Source: Eledone cirrhosa
Lineage: Eukaryota
Direction: 5' to 3'
DNA length: 64,000 nucleotides
NCBI GenBank assembly: GCA_964016885.1
Contig: OZ024742.1
Location: 106,144,001 to 106,208,000 of the forward strand
Below the pieces are notes generated by a model. It saw only the letters and a program-made list of their open reading frames with translations, had not been told where the DNA came from and made no database searches. Made by a program: the position numbers and the translations under genes. Below are positions 1-11,480 of this stretch, in pieces (the first letter of the stretch is position 1; every line of letters starts with the position of its first letter).

Positions 1-1274
1 TGATCAACCAGGAAAAGTCAGTGGGCCTGCAGCTCGGCACCTGGAGAGGCAGGTCCATGCCGTCCAACAGCGTCGTCGGGCGCTGGACGGACGGACCGGT
101 TAAATTGCTAGGGGTCTGGTTCGGTCCGGACCTCCAGACGGACAAAAACTGGGACGAGGTGACGAGCAGGGTGGCTTCTCTCACCCAGAAATGGGCGGAG
201 AGGAAGCTATCCCTGAAAGGTCGAGCGGAGGTGGCTAACGCGTACATCGCGTCTGTCATCTGCTACCGCCTAACCGTCGTACCTTGTCCTAAGCCTCGCC
301 TGACTGCGCTGGAGCGTTTGCTCTTTCGCTTTTTGTGGAAGGGACGTGCTCCGATGGTCAGGCGGTCCATCTGTTGTCAACACCCGCTACGTGGAGGGCT
401 GGGCATGCCGTGGCTGATGATGCGCAGGCACGCGCTCAGGCTACGACATCTCCACCTCTTCCTCGACGGTGATCAGGTGTGGTCGCCGTTTGCTAGACGC
501 GTTTTTCCCCAGCTCGTTTCCTTGACGGAGCTGCAGTCCTGGGTCAAGCGAAGACCGAGAGGGAGCGCCTGGAGACTGGAATGTCTTCAGGCGCTCACAG
601 CCCTCGACCAATCGGGCAATGTGATCGGTGGAAACTCCACCTCGGCGTTCTATAGAGGATTAGTGGAGGGGAAGAGCGACGACGTACTTGGGGAAACTCT
701 AGGCGTCGACGAAAATCAACTAGCCAATCTCTTCGGAAGAACCTTCGGGCCAGGGCCTATGGACAACTTCCAGAAATCTCTGGCCTGGCAGTGCTACCGA
801 GGAGCCTTGCCAGTTCGGGATAAACTCTACAGGCATGGAGGTGCCGTCAGCCGGGCATGTCCGAGATGCGCGCAGGGCGACGAAACCGTCCTGCACGCAC
901 TCGTCCAGTGTCCGAAAATTGCTGACTTGTGGGTTTATGTCGAACACCTGCTGTCGCGTTTAGGACGGATCCAGCTATCATCTGAGTCTATCGTGAGGAT
1001 TGCCCCGCCCTCCTCCTTTAGCCGGGAAGGGCAGGCAGTTTTTATCTGTCTGGTGGCCATGGCGAAAGAGATAGTATGGTGGACACGTTTGAAAGGGCTG
1101 AAGACGAGCACTTACCTCTTCGGTGATGCTCTGATTGACTTTTTCAAATTTCATTTGAAAAGGAAAATCAGAGTAGAGAAGGAAGTGCTCTCTTCCCAGC
1201 ATTTTGTTGAAAGATGGGTGAGAGAAGCAAGAATGGCCCGAGTGAATGGGCCGACTCTGAGTATATATCTGTAA
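1..1274 (+). CDS. C-terminal part of ORF2 (RT thumb and CCHC zinc finger), copy 1; partial
   Basis: Same protein as the last ~420 aa of 3914-7327 except R/W and K/R substitutions; CPRC-x8-H-x4-C finger. Confidence 0.93.
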   Translation, partial: INQEKSVGLQLGTWRGRSMPSNSVVGRWTDGPVKLLGVWFGPDLQTDKNWDEVTSRVASLTQKWAERKLSLKGRAEVANAYIASVICYRLTVVPCPKPRLTALERLLFRFLWKGRAPMVRRSICCQHPLRGGLGMPWLMMRRHALRLRHLHLFLDGDQVWSPFARRVFPQLVSLTELQSWVKRRPRGSAWRLECLQALTALDQSGNVIGGNSTSAFYRGLVEGKSDDVLGETLGVDENQLANLFGRTFGPGPMDNFQKSLAWQCYRGALPVRDKLYRHGGAVSRACPRCAQGDETVLHALVQCPKIADLWVYVEHLLSRLGRIQLSSESIVRIAPPSSFSREGQAVFICLVAMAKEIVWWTRLKGLKTSTYLFGDALIDFFKFHLKRKIRVEKEVLSSQHFVERWVREARMARVNGPTLSIYL

Positions 1275-1564
1275 ACTAAAGGTGGAAAACTGGGAGAGGG
1301 CACTTGCCTTGGTGGTCAGGGTCATTGTGGCTTTTTACTGGGCTTTCTCCACAAATGTTCCTCCGAAGTCTCCCCCCTATTGGGGAATTTTTCATTGTTA
1401 TTTTCATTGTTATTTTTGTTACATCCTCTATTTTTGTTTTTTTTACACGCAGAAATGCCCATTTGTACCGTCCTGCATTGTCCTGCACTGTCCTTAATGT
1501 CCACTTTATGTAAACCCTTGTGGTTAATAAAGAAATCATTATTATTATTATTATTATTATTATT
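1..1564 (+). mobile_element. Tx1/L1-clade non-LTR retrotransposon, copy 1 (3' part, cut by window edge), ends AATAAA + (ATT)9
   Basis: Near-identical to 6054-7638 (offset 6053); ORF2 C-terminus, 3'UTR, (ATT)9 at 1538-1564. Confidence 0.95.
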
Positions 1565-1780
1565 GAATGCCATGGTTGACGGAGGCTCGGCTCTGTAAGG
1601 TATAGTAATTTTTAACCGTTAAAACAATTGTAAATTGTTTAAAACTTGAACCAAATTGTTGATAAAGACACCCTCCTCCTCGTGAGAGGGGTCTTTCTGT
1701 CCGTTATTTGGCCCTTCGGGGTTAAATAACCAGTTATTGGGGTTTTGTACCCAAAATTTCATTTTAAACAAAAAAACAAC

Positions 1781-3878
1781 ATGGCTACGAAAAAGAAATT
1801 TCATACGTCACTCCCACTCATTCCGTCTTCTTCTTCCTCAATCATCACTACAGCAGAGAGAAGATTGTCTCTCTCCCTCCCTTCTTTAAATGTGTCTCTC
1901 TCCCTCCCTTCTCTTTCGCAAGCGACGAAAGAAAAGAAAAGTCTCGTGCAAAGCGTGCAAGGTTTCTCCACGACGACGACGACAGCGACGAAACAGGTGT
2001 GCGGGAAATACGAAAACCCAGTTCATTCGTCTGACGTCAGGAATAATAGCAGTAGCAGCCGTAATAACAACAGCAACAGTGACAATGAAAACAACAGTAG
2101 CAGCCGCAACAGCATCACCAGCAGCATAAACAACAACAGCATTAGCAGCAGCAACACCAACAACAACCACAGCAACAGCGGCGGAGGCAGTAGTCGTAGT
2201 ACCTGCAGCAACAACAAAAGTACCAGCAGCTCTGACGACAACAACAACAGCAGAGAAAAACCAATCTCATTTGCAGGTATTGCGAAAAACTTGGAAACAA
2301 TCCTCATAACAAATGAGGAATTAGAGGAAGCGAAGAAGATGGTGACAAAGAACGGACACCGAGCAATCTGCAAGGCAGCGAAAAATTTTTTTCGAAACCC
2401 AAGAGCACTGTACGGTCACGTACCGTACAGTAAGTACAAAATCCCGTAGGGTGGAAAGAGCCACAGAGGCCCAAATACAAAAAGCCTTGGGGTCTGTGTG
2501 GCAGCGGAAAACGCACATCACCCGAGGCAAAAAATATGCCACCGTAGACGTACTTTTTGCCACACCCCAGGAGGCAAAGGCCCAATCAGTAGTGACCCTA
2601 AGGAGCGAGGAAATGGTGTTGGTGCCCTCCTACTGTGGGCAAAAAATTGTGAGGGTCAAACTGACCCACGTCCCCCCCGGAATGACCCCTTCTTGGCTGG
2701 CCGCGTCTGTCCTCGTCGGAATCGAGGACAAAACAACTGTACTGCAAGTACAGAAAAAAGTAAGAGAAGATTGGGTCGGCTCCTCCATTGAGATGCTAAT
2801 CCAAACCAACCAGGAGTGCATCGAAGCTATCCCGGATGTGATAGACTTCGATAACGGCACTCAACTGCCCATAAGTGTTGAGGGCAAACGCCCGAAATGC
2901 TTTCGCTGTGGATCGAAGACTCACCTCAGGGCCTTCTGCAACGAGAAGACCCTGAGAAAGGAGAAAACCCCCCTCCTTCCGAATCCGGCTCCACGGCTAC
3001 CAGCAACAGGACAAGCGGCAACCAGGAACGATAGGCCCGTGGCACCCATACCCACTCCACGGAAATCAAAAACAGCAGCAGCAGTGGAAATACTAACAAC
3101 AACAACAGCAATACCAAATGCAGCTGCAACAGAGACTCCAGTGCAAACATCACCAACAACAACAAGTGAAAGAGTGGAGTTGGTACCCCTCCCCGACCTC
3201 ACAGAATCAGACATGGAGTGTGAGGTGGGAGAGAGATGGCAAAAGGTCGTAAGAAGGCACAAACGCAGAAGCAGCGCATCGTCGCCTTTGAAAAGGGAGG
3301 AAAGAAATGAGAAAAGGGTAAAGTCTACTGCAAAGAGACCCACAGCAGCAACAACACCAACACCATCACCACCCACACTAGCACCACCATCACCACCGGC
3401 GACAACCCCACCGCCAACAACACCTTCAACACCACCACCACAAGCACCAACATCGCAAACACAACAACAAAACACACACACCCAGCAACAACGACAAGAA
3501 AATAGCAGAACCACACCCCACCCCCAGAAAAACAAATGCACGGCAATAAATACACACAACAAGAAACTAATGACTTACATAATTGAACACACAGACATTT
3601 CACAACAGGACTACATAATACCAGCACCAATCAAAACGCCAACTAACATAAGACTGCTAAAAATAGCACAGAAACAATACACAAACATTAAAACGAAATT
3701 CCCCAACGCAGTTGGTGATTTCAGGGACCTAGGAGGAACCATCAATCGAAGAGTATACTCAGACATTCTCTTAGAAGAGCCGACGACCAGCCGAAGGGAC
3801 GATTCAACGGTCCCTTCACCAGACGATCAAGTGAAAAGGGATGTAAAAACCATCCCTCCTCTACCAAAAGTACGGTAA
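1781..3878 (+). CDS. ORF1 (gag-like nucleic-acid-binding protein with CCHC knuckle), interrupted by a +1 frameshift near 2386-2393
   Basis: ATG 1781 frame stops at 2449; the +1 frame is open 2346-3878 and contains CFRCGSKTHLRAFC (Cx2Cx4Hx4C), a basic WQKVVRRHKRR segment and a Pro/Thr-rich tail. Confidence 0.8.
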
Positions 3879-3913
3879 GTGGTCTTTCCCATCTTTTCCA
3901 CTCTATTTTAAAC

Positions 3914-6900
3914 ATGACCTCACTCAGAATAGGCAGCATAAATGCGCGTGGCTTGGGGTCGTCATGGAAGCAGGGTCACCTGCTCAACGACCTCAGGTCA
4001 CTAAACATAGATGTAGTGGCCATCAGCGAGACCAGAATCTCCGAAGCACGGGCCTTCGTACCGATCTTCGGCGGCTACGATGTGTACGCATCTCCCAGCC
4101 GTCCTAGATCGGGTGGAGGAGTTGCTGTGCTTTTTCGGAGAGGTTTGGATCTCGCCATACGGGCCATCTTCCTGGACCCAGAGGGTAAGCTGGTGGTGCT
4201 GGACGTGACCAGCGGAGACGGGCAAGCTTTCAGGCTAGTGGCCGTCTATGCCCCGACAGGAGCAGGGCGGCCTGATTTCTTCCGGCGTCTGGAGACCTTT
4301 CTTGGAACGTCCCGCTCTTTAGTGTTAGTGGGCGACTGGAACGGGATCTTAGATGCACGCTGGGACTGTGTGGGATTAGCGGATAGGGGGTGCAAGAGCC
4401 TCACCAACCTGCTCAGGCGTTTTGAACTGTCTGACAGGTACCGATTGGATTTCCCGAATGTGCCAATGTGGACTTGGACAAACCGCATAGGGTCATCCAG
4501 ATCATATCTAGATAGAGTATTTTGTAGGGAAATAGATAGGTCTAGCATAGGCTGTCCACAATTCAAGATAGTCAGCTACACGGACCACAAATTCGTGATC
4601 TGTGTGCTTGACTTAGATAGGCTTCATAGACGAGGACCCGGCTACTGGAAGCTAAACGCGTCCTTACCAGCGCGCAAGGCCTACAGAGACCGGATTAGCG
4701 AACTAGTTAAGCGGGCGTTGACGGGGGCCATCGTCAACAACAAGTGGTGGTTTGCTCTGAAAAGAGCGATTAGAATAGAATCGATTAGGTTTAGTAAGGC
4801 TTTAGCAATAGAGAAAAATAGAGCAGAGGGAGAACTAGTTAGAAAATTAGACGAGGCGCTTAGCAAAGGCATTGCGACCGACGTGCTTGCGGCGAAATTG
4901 GCCCTTGACCAATTCTTCAATGCAAAGCACGAAGGCTGCGTTGTCAGAGCTAGGGTGCGTGCTCTCAGACACGAGGGGACGAAAGCCGTTCAATGGGCCC
5001 GAGTGGCGGAGGCGCGTCGTGGCAACAAAGCCACGATCCGGTCTTTGGTGGACCACGACGGGCGCATGCTACTCGATCCCGGGCAAATGTGTGAAGCTTT
5101 TCAGCGACACTTCGCTCAGCTGTTCGGGGGAAGCGGGGGGCCGGGTAGAGGGATGGACTTTAGTGTCTACCTCGACGGACTGCCGCGGCTCTCGGCCACT
5201 GAGGCGAAGTGTTGCGAAAAGCCGATAACAGCCGCTGAAGTACGGGAGGCAATGACTGGCTGCACAAGGGGTAAATCGCCTGGTTTGGATGGTCTGCCCT
5301 ATGAACTTTACGTACAGATGCCAGACTTGTTCGGAGGCCTCTTGGCGGACGTCTACTGCAACTGGCAACAGAACGGGAGAATTCCCAGTTCTGTGAGCCG
5401 AGGAGCGGTGGCACTGCTGAGAAAGGATCCGAACAAGGGGGATAACATAGACAATTTCCGGCCCATAACTCTGCTAAACACAGAGTTTAAGATTTTGGCC
5501 AAGGTGCTAGCAAAGAGGTTGGCGCTTGTCGTTGGTGGTCTGGTGGGAGAGGCGCAGACATGCGCCATTCCCGACAGATCCATCCACGACAACCTCCACC
5601 TCATGCGATACATCGTAGAGAGGGTAGCTAGGGAACCTGGCACGGGTGGGTCCTTGATCAATTTAGATCAGTCGAAAGCTTTCGATAGGGTCGACCATCG
5701 TTACCTAGCGGCAGTCCTGAGGGCGGCTGGCTTTGGGCCCGTCTTCAGAGGCTGGATCGCTGCCATGCACAGCGACATCTGCTCTGTAGTGAGAGTGAAC
5801 GGTCACCTGTCGGAACCGTTCAACATCATGCGCTCGGTCCGCCAAGGATGTCCCCTCTCGTCCCTCTTGTACGTATTGACTCTCGAGCCATTACTGCACA
5901 AACTGGAGACGTTGAGGGGAGTCCCGCGCGAACTAGGATGCGGAAGATCCGTGTCAGCATATGCGGACGATGTCACCGTAGTGGTGTCGAACGCCAAACA
6001 CATCGAGGCGATCGGCACTACACTAAGAGAATACGAAGCGGTGACAGGAGCAATGATCAACCAGGAAAAGTCAGTGGGCCTGCAGCTCGGCACCTGGAGA
6101 GGCAGGTCCATGCCGTCCAACAGCGTCGTCGGGCGCTGGACGGACGGACCGGTTAAATTGCTAGGGGTCTGGTTCGGTCCGGACCTCCAGACGGACAAAA
6201 ACTGGGACGAGGTGACGAGCAGGGTGGCTTCTCTCACCCAGAAATGGGCGGAGAGGAAGCTATCCCTGAAAGGTCGAGCGGAGGTGGCTAACGCGTACAT
6301 CGCGTCTGTCATCTGCTACCGCCTAACCGTCGTACCTTGTCCTAAGCCTCGCCTGACTGCGCTGGAGCGTTTGCTCTTTCGCTTTTTGTGGAAGGGACGT
6401 GCTCCGATGGTCAGGCGGTCCATCTGTTGTCAACACCCGCTACGTGGAGGGCTGGGCATGCCGTGGCTGATGATGCGCAGGCACGCGCTCAGGCTACGAC
6501 ATCTCCACCTCTTCCTCGACGGTGATCAGGTGTGGTCGCCGTTTGCTAGACGCGTTTTTCCCCAGCTCGTTTCCTTGACGGAGCTGCAGTCCTGGGTCAA
6601 GCGAAGACCGAGAGGGAGCGCCTGGAGACTGGAATGTCTTCAGGCGCTCACAGCCCTCGACCAATCGGGCAATGTGATCGGTGGAAACTCCACCTCGGCG
6701 TTCTATAGAGGATTAGTGGAGGGGAAGAGCGACGACGTACTTGGGGAAACTCTAGGCGTCGACGAAAATCAACTAGCCAATCTCTTCGGAAGAACTTTCG
6801 GGCCAGGGCCTATGGACAACTTCCAGAAATCTCTGGCCTGGCAGTGCTACCGAGGAGCCTTGCCAGTTCGGGATAAACTCTACAGGCATGGAGGTGCCGT

Positions 6901-7327
6901 CAGCCGGGCATGTCCGAGATGCGCGCAGGGCGACGAAACCGTCCTGCACGCACTCGTCCAGTGTCCGAAAATTGCTGACTTGTGGGTTTATGTCGAACAC
7001 CTGCTGTCGCGTTTAGGACGGATCCAGCTATCATCTGAGTCTATCGTGAGGATTGCCCCGCCCTCCTCCTTTAGCTGGGAAGGGCAGGCAGTTTTTATCT
7101 GTCTGGTGGCAATGGCGAAAGAGATAGTATGGTGGACACGTTTGAAAGGGCTGAAGACGAGCACTTACCTCTTCGGTGATGCTCTGATTGACTTTTTCAA
7201 ATTTCATTTGAAAAGGAAAATCAGAGTAGAGAGGGAAGTGCTCTCTTCCCAGCATTTTGTTGAAAGATGGGTGAGAGAAGCAAGAATGGCCCGAGTGAAT
7301 GGGCCGACTCTGAGTATATATCTGTAA
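3914..7327 (+). CDS. ORF2: apurinic-like endonuclease, reverse transcriptase and zinc finger (1137 aa, intact)
   Basis: APE motifs SINARG, ISETR, YAPT, VGDWNG, YLDRVF, TDHK; RT motifs KSPGLDG, NFRPITLLN, LDQSKAFDRVDH, VRQGCPLS, YADD; C-terminal CCHC. Confidence 0.97.
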   Translation: MTSLRIGSINARGLGSSWKQGHLLNDLRSLNIDVVAISETRISEARAFVPIFGGYDVYASPSRPRSGGGVAVLFRRGLDLAIRAIFLDPEGKLVVLDVTSGDGQAFRLVAVYAPTGAGRPDFFRRLETFLGTSRSLVLVGDWNGILDARWDCVGLADRGCKSLTNLLRRFELSDRYRLDFPNVPMWTWTNRIGSSRSYLDRVFCREIDRSSIGCPQFKIVSYTDHKFVICVLDLDRLHRRGPGYWKLNASLPARKAYRDRISELVKRALTGAIVNNKWWFALKRAIRIESIRFSKALAIEKNRAEGELVRKLDEALSKGIATDVLAAKLALDQFFNAKHEGCVVRARVRALRHEGTKAVQWARVAEARRGNKATIRSLVDHDGRMLLDPGQMCEAFQRHFAQLFGGSGGPGRGMDFSVYLDGLPRLSATEAKCCEKPITAAEVREAMTGCTRGKSPGLDGLPYELYVQMPDLFGGLLADVYCNWQQNGRIPSSVSRGAVALLRKDPNKGDNIDNFRPITLLNTEFKILAKVLAKRLALVVGGLVGEAQTCAIPDRSIHDNLHLMRYIVERVAREPGTGGSLINLDQSKAFDRVDHRYLAAVLRAAGFGPVFRGWIAAMHSDICSVVRVNGHLSEPFNIMRSVRQGCPLSSLLYVLTLEPLLHKLETLRGVPRELGCGRSVSAYADDVTVVVSNAKHIEAIGTTLREYEAVTGAMINQEKSVGLQLGTWRGRSMPSNSVVGRWTDGPVKLLGVWFGPDLQTDKNWDEVTSRVASLTQKWAERKLSLKGRAEVANAYIASVICYRLTVVPCPKPRLTALERLLFRFLWKGRAPMVRRSICCQHPLRGGLGMPWLMMRRHALRLRHLHLFLDGDQVWSPFARRVFPQLVSLTELQSWVKRRPRGSAWRLECLQALTALDQSGNVIGGNSTSAFYRGLVEGKSDDVLGETLGVDENQLANLFGRTFGPGPMDNFQKSLAWQCYRGALPVRDKLYRHGGAVSRACPRCAQGDETVLHALVQCPKIADLWVYVEHLLSRLGRIQLSSESIVRIAPPSSFSWEGQAVFICLVAMAKEIVWWTRLKGLKTSTYLFGDALIDFFKFHLKRKIRVEREVLSSQHFVERWVREARMARVNGPTLSIYL

Positions 7328-7587
7328 ACTAAAGGTGGAAAACTGGGAGAGGGCACTTGCCTTGGTGGTCAGGGTCATTGTGGCTTTTTACTGGGCTTTC
7401 TCCACAAATGTCCCTCCGAAGTCTCCCCCCTATTGGGGAATTTTTCATTGTTATTTTCATTGTTATTTTTGTTACATCCTCTCTTTTTGTTTTTTTACAC
7501 GCAGAAATGCCCATTTGTACCGTCCTGCATTGTCCTGCACTGTCTTTAATGTCTACTTTATGTAAACCCTTGTGGTTAATAAAGAAA

Positions 7588-7639
<52 letters not shown>

Positions 7640-8067
7640 GTTATGACATCTGTTTATGGGGGATCTGGGGCAAAATAGTAACGGCATTGCACTGATCAAC
7701 CTTACCACCCGATTTTCTTAAGTGGTTTTTTGTTAAGTCGGTGGTGTCGTTATTGTTACTTTTGATGGTAGAAGATGGTATTGTTGATGTTAGTGGTGAG
7801 TGATCGTCGTGGGAATGATCAGGCTGTGGTAGTGGTGAGAGGGGTAATGTTCGTGGTAGTGATGATGCAAGTGGTGATGTTCATGGCAGTGGTGGTGAAA
7901 GGGGTGATGGATGTGTTTGACGAAGTTACTATGCATTGTTATATAGGAAAGTAGTGATGTTTGGTAAACAATAATTTGCTACAAAAAATGCCTTTTTGTG
8001 GGGAGCGTTCAAGTCTAAAGATGTATAAAGAAACGATTTTGAGATAAACAATGGCAAGGATATACGT

Positions 8068-8089
8068 GTAGTAGTAGTAGTAGTAGTAA

Positions 8090-8167
<78 letters not shown>
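8068..8167. repeat. (TAG)n microsatellite
   Basis: Direct reading. Confidence 0.95.
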
Positions 8168-8699
8168 CGATGGTGAGGATATATCCTGCCAGGACGAAAT
8201 GATATGCAACTGCAGACAAATATATGTATAAAGCATCTCCGTGCTAGAGCATACCATTCTTTATATATATATATATATGTTGAGCGGAAATATTTTCCTT
8301 TGAATTTACCCGCCAAAAACCGGGGGTTGCTTCCCTTGTTGGAAATAACACGTGGCAACGAAATGATTGAAGGATGTCTATTGTGGCGGTCGCATGGAGT
8401 TTAAGTTCACACCCGTTTGAGGCAAAAGAACGAAATGCCTGTCGATGAATTGAGTTCGATCATGGAATACCACAAGCTTACGTGTTACATAAGTTGGATT
8501 GATGATTTCGGATTCATAGAAACATATCGGACGTATTGCAAAATATCGTTCGATCTGTCCAGGTCTGTTTTCATTATTTTCTCTAACACAGGCAGCGCCG
8601 GGTAGTTCTGTAATATGTACACTTCTCTCCTGTTTATATATATACACATATATATATTTACATACATTGATCTGGTTGATCGACAAGATCCCAGACCTC

Positions 8700-8903
8700 A
8701 TTCGCTTGCCGAGTGGACCTCGTCAAATCGAATCAAGGAAACAATGTTTCCATTGGTATTTCCATTGTTGATACTATCTACCGGAACAACGTGAAATAAA
8801 GCTTCTTGCTCAAGAACGCAACGCATCACCCGGTCCGAGAATTGAATTCGCAAGCTCATGATTGCGAATCCAACTCTCTAACTACTAAGCCACGCGCCTT
8901 CAT
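8700..8903 (-). mobile_element. tRNA-derived SINE (family B, CORE-like); related copy at 61350-61549 (-)
   Basis: Reverse strand reads GAAGGCGCGTGGCTTAGTAGTTAG (A box)...GAATTCAATTC (B-box-like)...TTGAGCAAG..CTTTATTTCAC; paralogs elsewhere in the window. Confidence 0.7.
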
Positions 8904-9554
8904 AAATACATACACAAACATATATATATATGTATACATATTGCTCCCTCATTGGCTCGTAAGGCTCCCACTTTTGCTTGTTCTATTAACCGGTGTATGC
9001 AAGGCAGACGATCACTACTTTCATTGAATTCTACTTTTTTTTTTTTGTTGGGGGGATTCTGCTTTGCTGTAAAAATAACACTGTAAAGAATATATACACA
9101 TTCCATTAAGTTGGTCATTATAAGAACACGAACAGCAGGTGTTTACAGAACAGCAGAAAACCTATGGTGCATCTCTAACTTATAAAAAAACAAAAAACTG
9201 ATAAAATTCCTGACTAGAAAGGTAACCAATCAGAAATTAACTTTGCCGAAAAAAAAAAAAATTGCAGTTTAGAATAAGAAAAAATAAAAAACAAAAAAGA
9301 TAATAAAAAGTAAAACAAAAACAAAATAAGGAGACAAGTAGAATTTAAAAAATAACTTAAACAATAAATAGATAAGAAACGGCGTAAAGAAACTATAAGT
9401 GTTTGATGGTTGTTTAACTACTGGTATCTAGTTAGTTCTAAATGGGATGATAAGATAGCGGCCATGTTGAACTTGGTATGCACAAAATATTCTTTCTATA
9501 CACAAGCATACATACACATAAATCTACTTACACACACACACACAGACACACACA

Positions 9555-9790
<236 letters not shown>

Positions 9791-10184
9791 TATATATATA
9801 TTTTGTTATATATGTCTATACAAGATGATAATCACACACTCTATGCAAACATATATACGCATGCTATTAGAAATGTTTCTAATAAGATACGTCATATTAA
9901 TAGATAAGACTTCAGGCACACATTTCCTCTTTATGTATTTGTATATTAAGACTGTACAAATACATGCATATGTTTGAAATTATGTATGTAATATATGATG
10001 TATAGACAATATGTATCAGATATTTTATATCCCGGATAAAAACAAAACAATTCTTAATTTAACTTGACATTAAAATACATCAAACTCTTATAGACTATTT
10101 TTAGGTTATTTTCTCATACAAACACACACACACACACACACATATATCTATATGAGATGGGGAAGGTAGGAGAGATGGATTAAT

Positions 10185-10378
10185 AATTGTTTCTACTTTA
10201 AGCACAAGGCCAGCAAATTACCCAGTGCATTACTGGTACTTTATTTTATATCGACCCCGTAAGGATAAAAGGCAAAGTCAACCTCGGTGGGATTTGAACT
10301 CAGATCGTAAAGGGACGTAACTATGCTGGAAAGCATGGCGTCCGACCCTCTCCCGATACTGCCAATTCACCGCCCCTT
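10185..10378 (-). mobile_element. tRNA-derived SINE (family A) with 18-bp TSD
   Basis: A box TGGCAGTATCGG, B box GAGTTCAAATCCC, central TTGCCTTT(C)ATCCTTACGGGGTCGATA domain; TSD GAGAGATGGATTAATAAT at 10170-10187 and 10379-10396. Confidence 0.9.
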
Positions 10379-10497
10379 GAGAGATGGATTAATAATGGTG
10401 GTTAATCAAGGTTTTTCACCATTTGTATCTTCTTTTTCTGTCATTGATAAATAGAATGCCTTAACTTTTTCATCTTGCATATCCATCAAATACACAC

Positions 10498-10627
<130 letters not shown>

Positions 10628-10754
10628 GTTTATCGGTTTCGGTGCACCCGGCCGATTAACCCACTCGATATGCAAATTAGGAGGCTGCTCAGCCGTTAAT
10701 ATGCATAAGGAAAGTATATACTTTCAGACGTTCAATCATCTGGCAGGAAGGTAT

Positions 10755-10797
10755 ACGTTGCTGACGATAGCTAATAAGCTTGAAACTAGTACAGCGT
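10755..10797 (+). ncRNA. Minimal type I hammerhead ribozyme (Penelope-like element type)
   Basis: Stem I ACGUUG/CAGCGU, CUGACGA-U, stem II AGCU/AGCU, GAAA, palindromic CUAG stem III, GUA cleavage triplet. Confidence 0.8.
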
Positions 10798-11480
10798 TCC
10801 TTTGTCAGTGTTGAACAAACGAGCAACGATGGTTGCTAGACACTACGGCTTAATACGGGATGTTTGTTTACAAACACACCGAGCATTATAATAAATGTTC
10901 GGTGAATCCATACGTATATATATGTATGTATATATATATACATAGTACTGTACGTCTGTATACATATATGTATGTACCTATACATACTTATATTCAAGTA
11001 ACAGCCGTACTAAGAGTGGGAAATGAAATTTCGTTTCATTTTTTCCGTTTATATATATATATATATATGTATGTATTTATATGTGTATATATATATATAT
11101 ATATATACACACACAGACACACATCACTTTTGGTTGCCCGTGTCTCTCACTCACTTTCTCCTGTCTATGTGAGAGACAGCACGATTATACCAGCTCTGTG
11201 TCGTAGCTGACCACCACGCTAAATTCTCCATGGCTGGCCCCAACTTACTTTCCCTATTTTTCCACGGTTACTTTTTTGCATGTTTCTTTCACCTGTGTCT
11301 TCCCACGATGGGACCTGTACACTTTTTTTCTCCTATTCCTTTCCTTTTTTTCCCTTCTTCCTCCCCCCTCCCCCTATTCTTCTTCCTTTCCCTCTCTTTC
11401 CTTTTCTCTCTCCTTTTTTCTCCCCCTTTTTTCCACCTGGCCTTTTGATTAATAAAAGGCCTCGGGCGCACCCGAACTAC

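Larger units (their letters stand above)
1565..7638 (+). mobile_element. Apparently full-length Tx1/L1-clade non-LTR retrotransposon, copy 2 (5'UTR, ORF1, ORF2, 3'UTR, (ATT)16)
   Basis: Begins directly after the tail of copy 1; gag-like ORF1 plus APE-RT-zf ORF2; AATAAA then (ATT)16 at 7590-7637. Confidence 0.93.

Noticed and set aside
1282-1513. Short ORFs in the Tx1 3'UTR and antisense ORFs across ORF1/ORF2
   Set aside because: Reading frames differ between the two copies because of an indel, or they are shadows of the real ORFs
1-1564. Copy 1 as a pure assembly duplication of copy 2
   Set aside because: About nine differences and different tail lengths; a haplotype mis-join cannot be fully excluded without reads
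1660-1745. HDV-like ribozyme in the Tx1 5'UTR (UCCUCG loop and UUCG hairpin)
   Set aside because: Could not place P1, the P1.1 GG or P2; the sequence folds as simple hairpins
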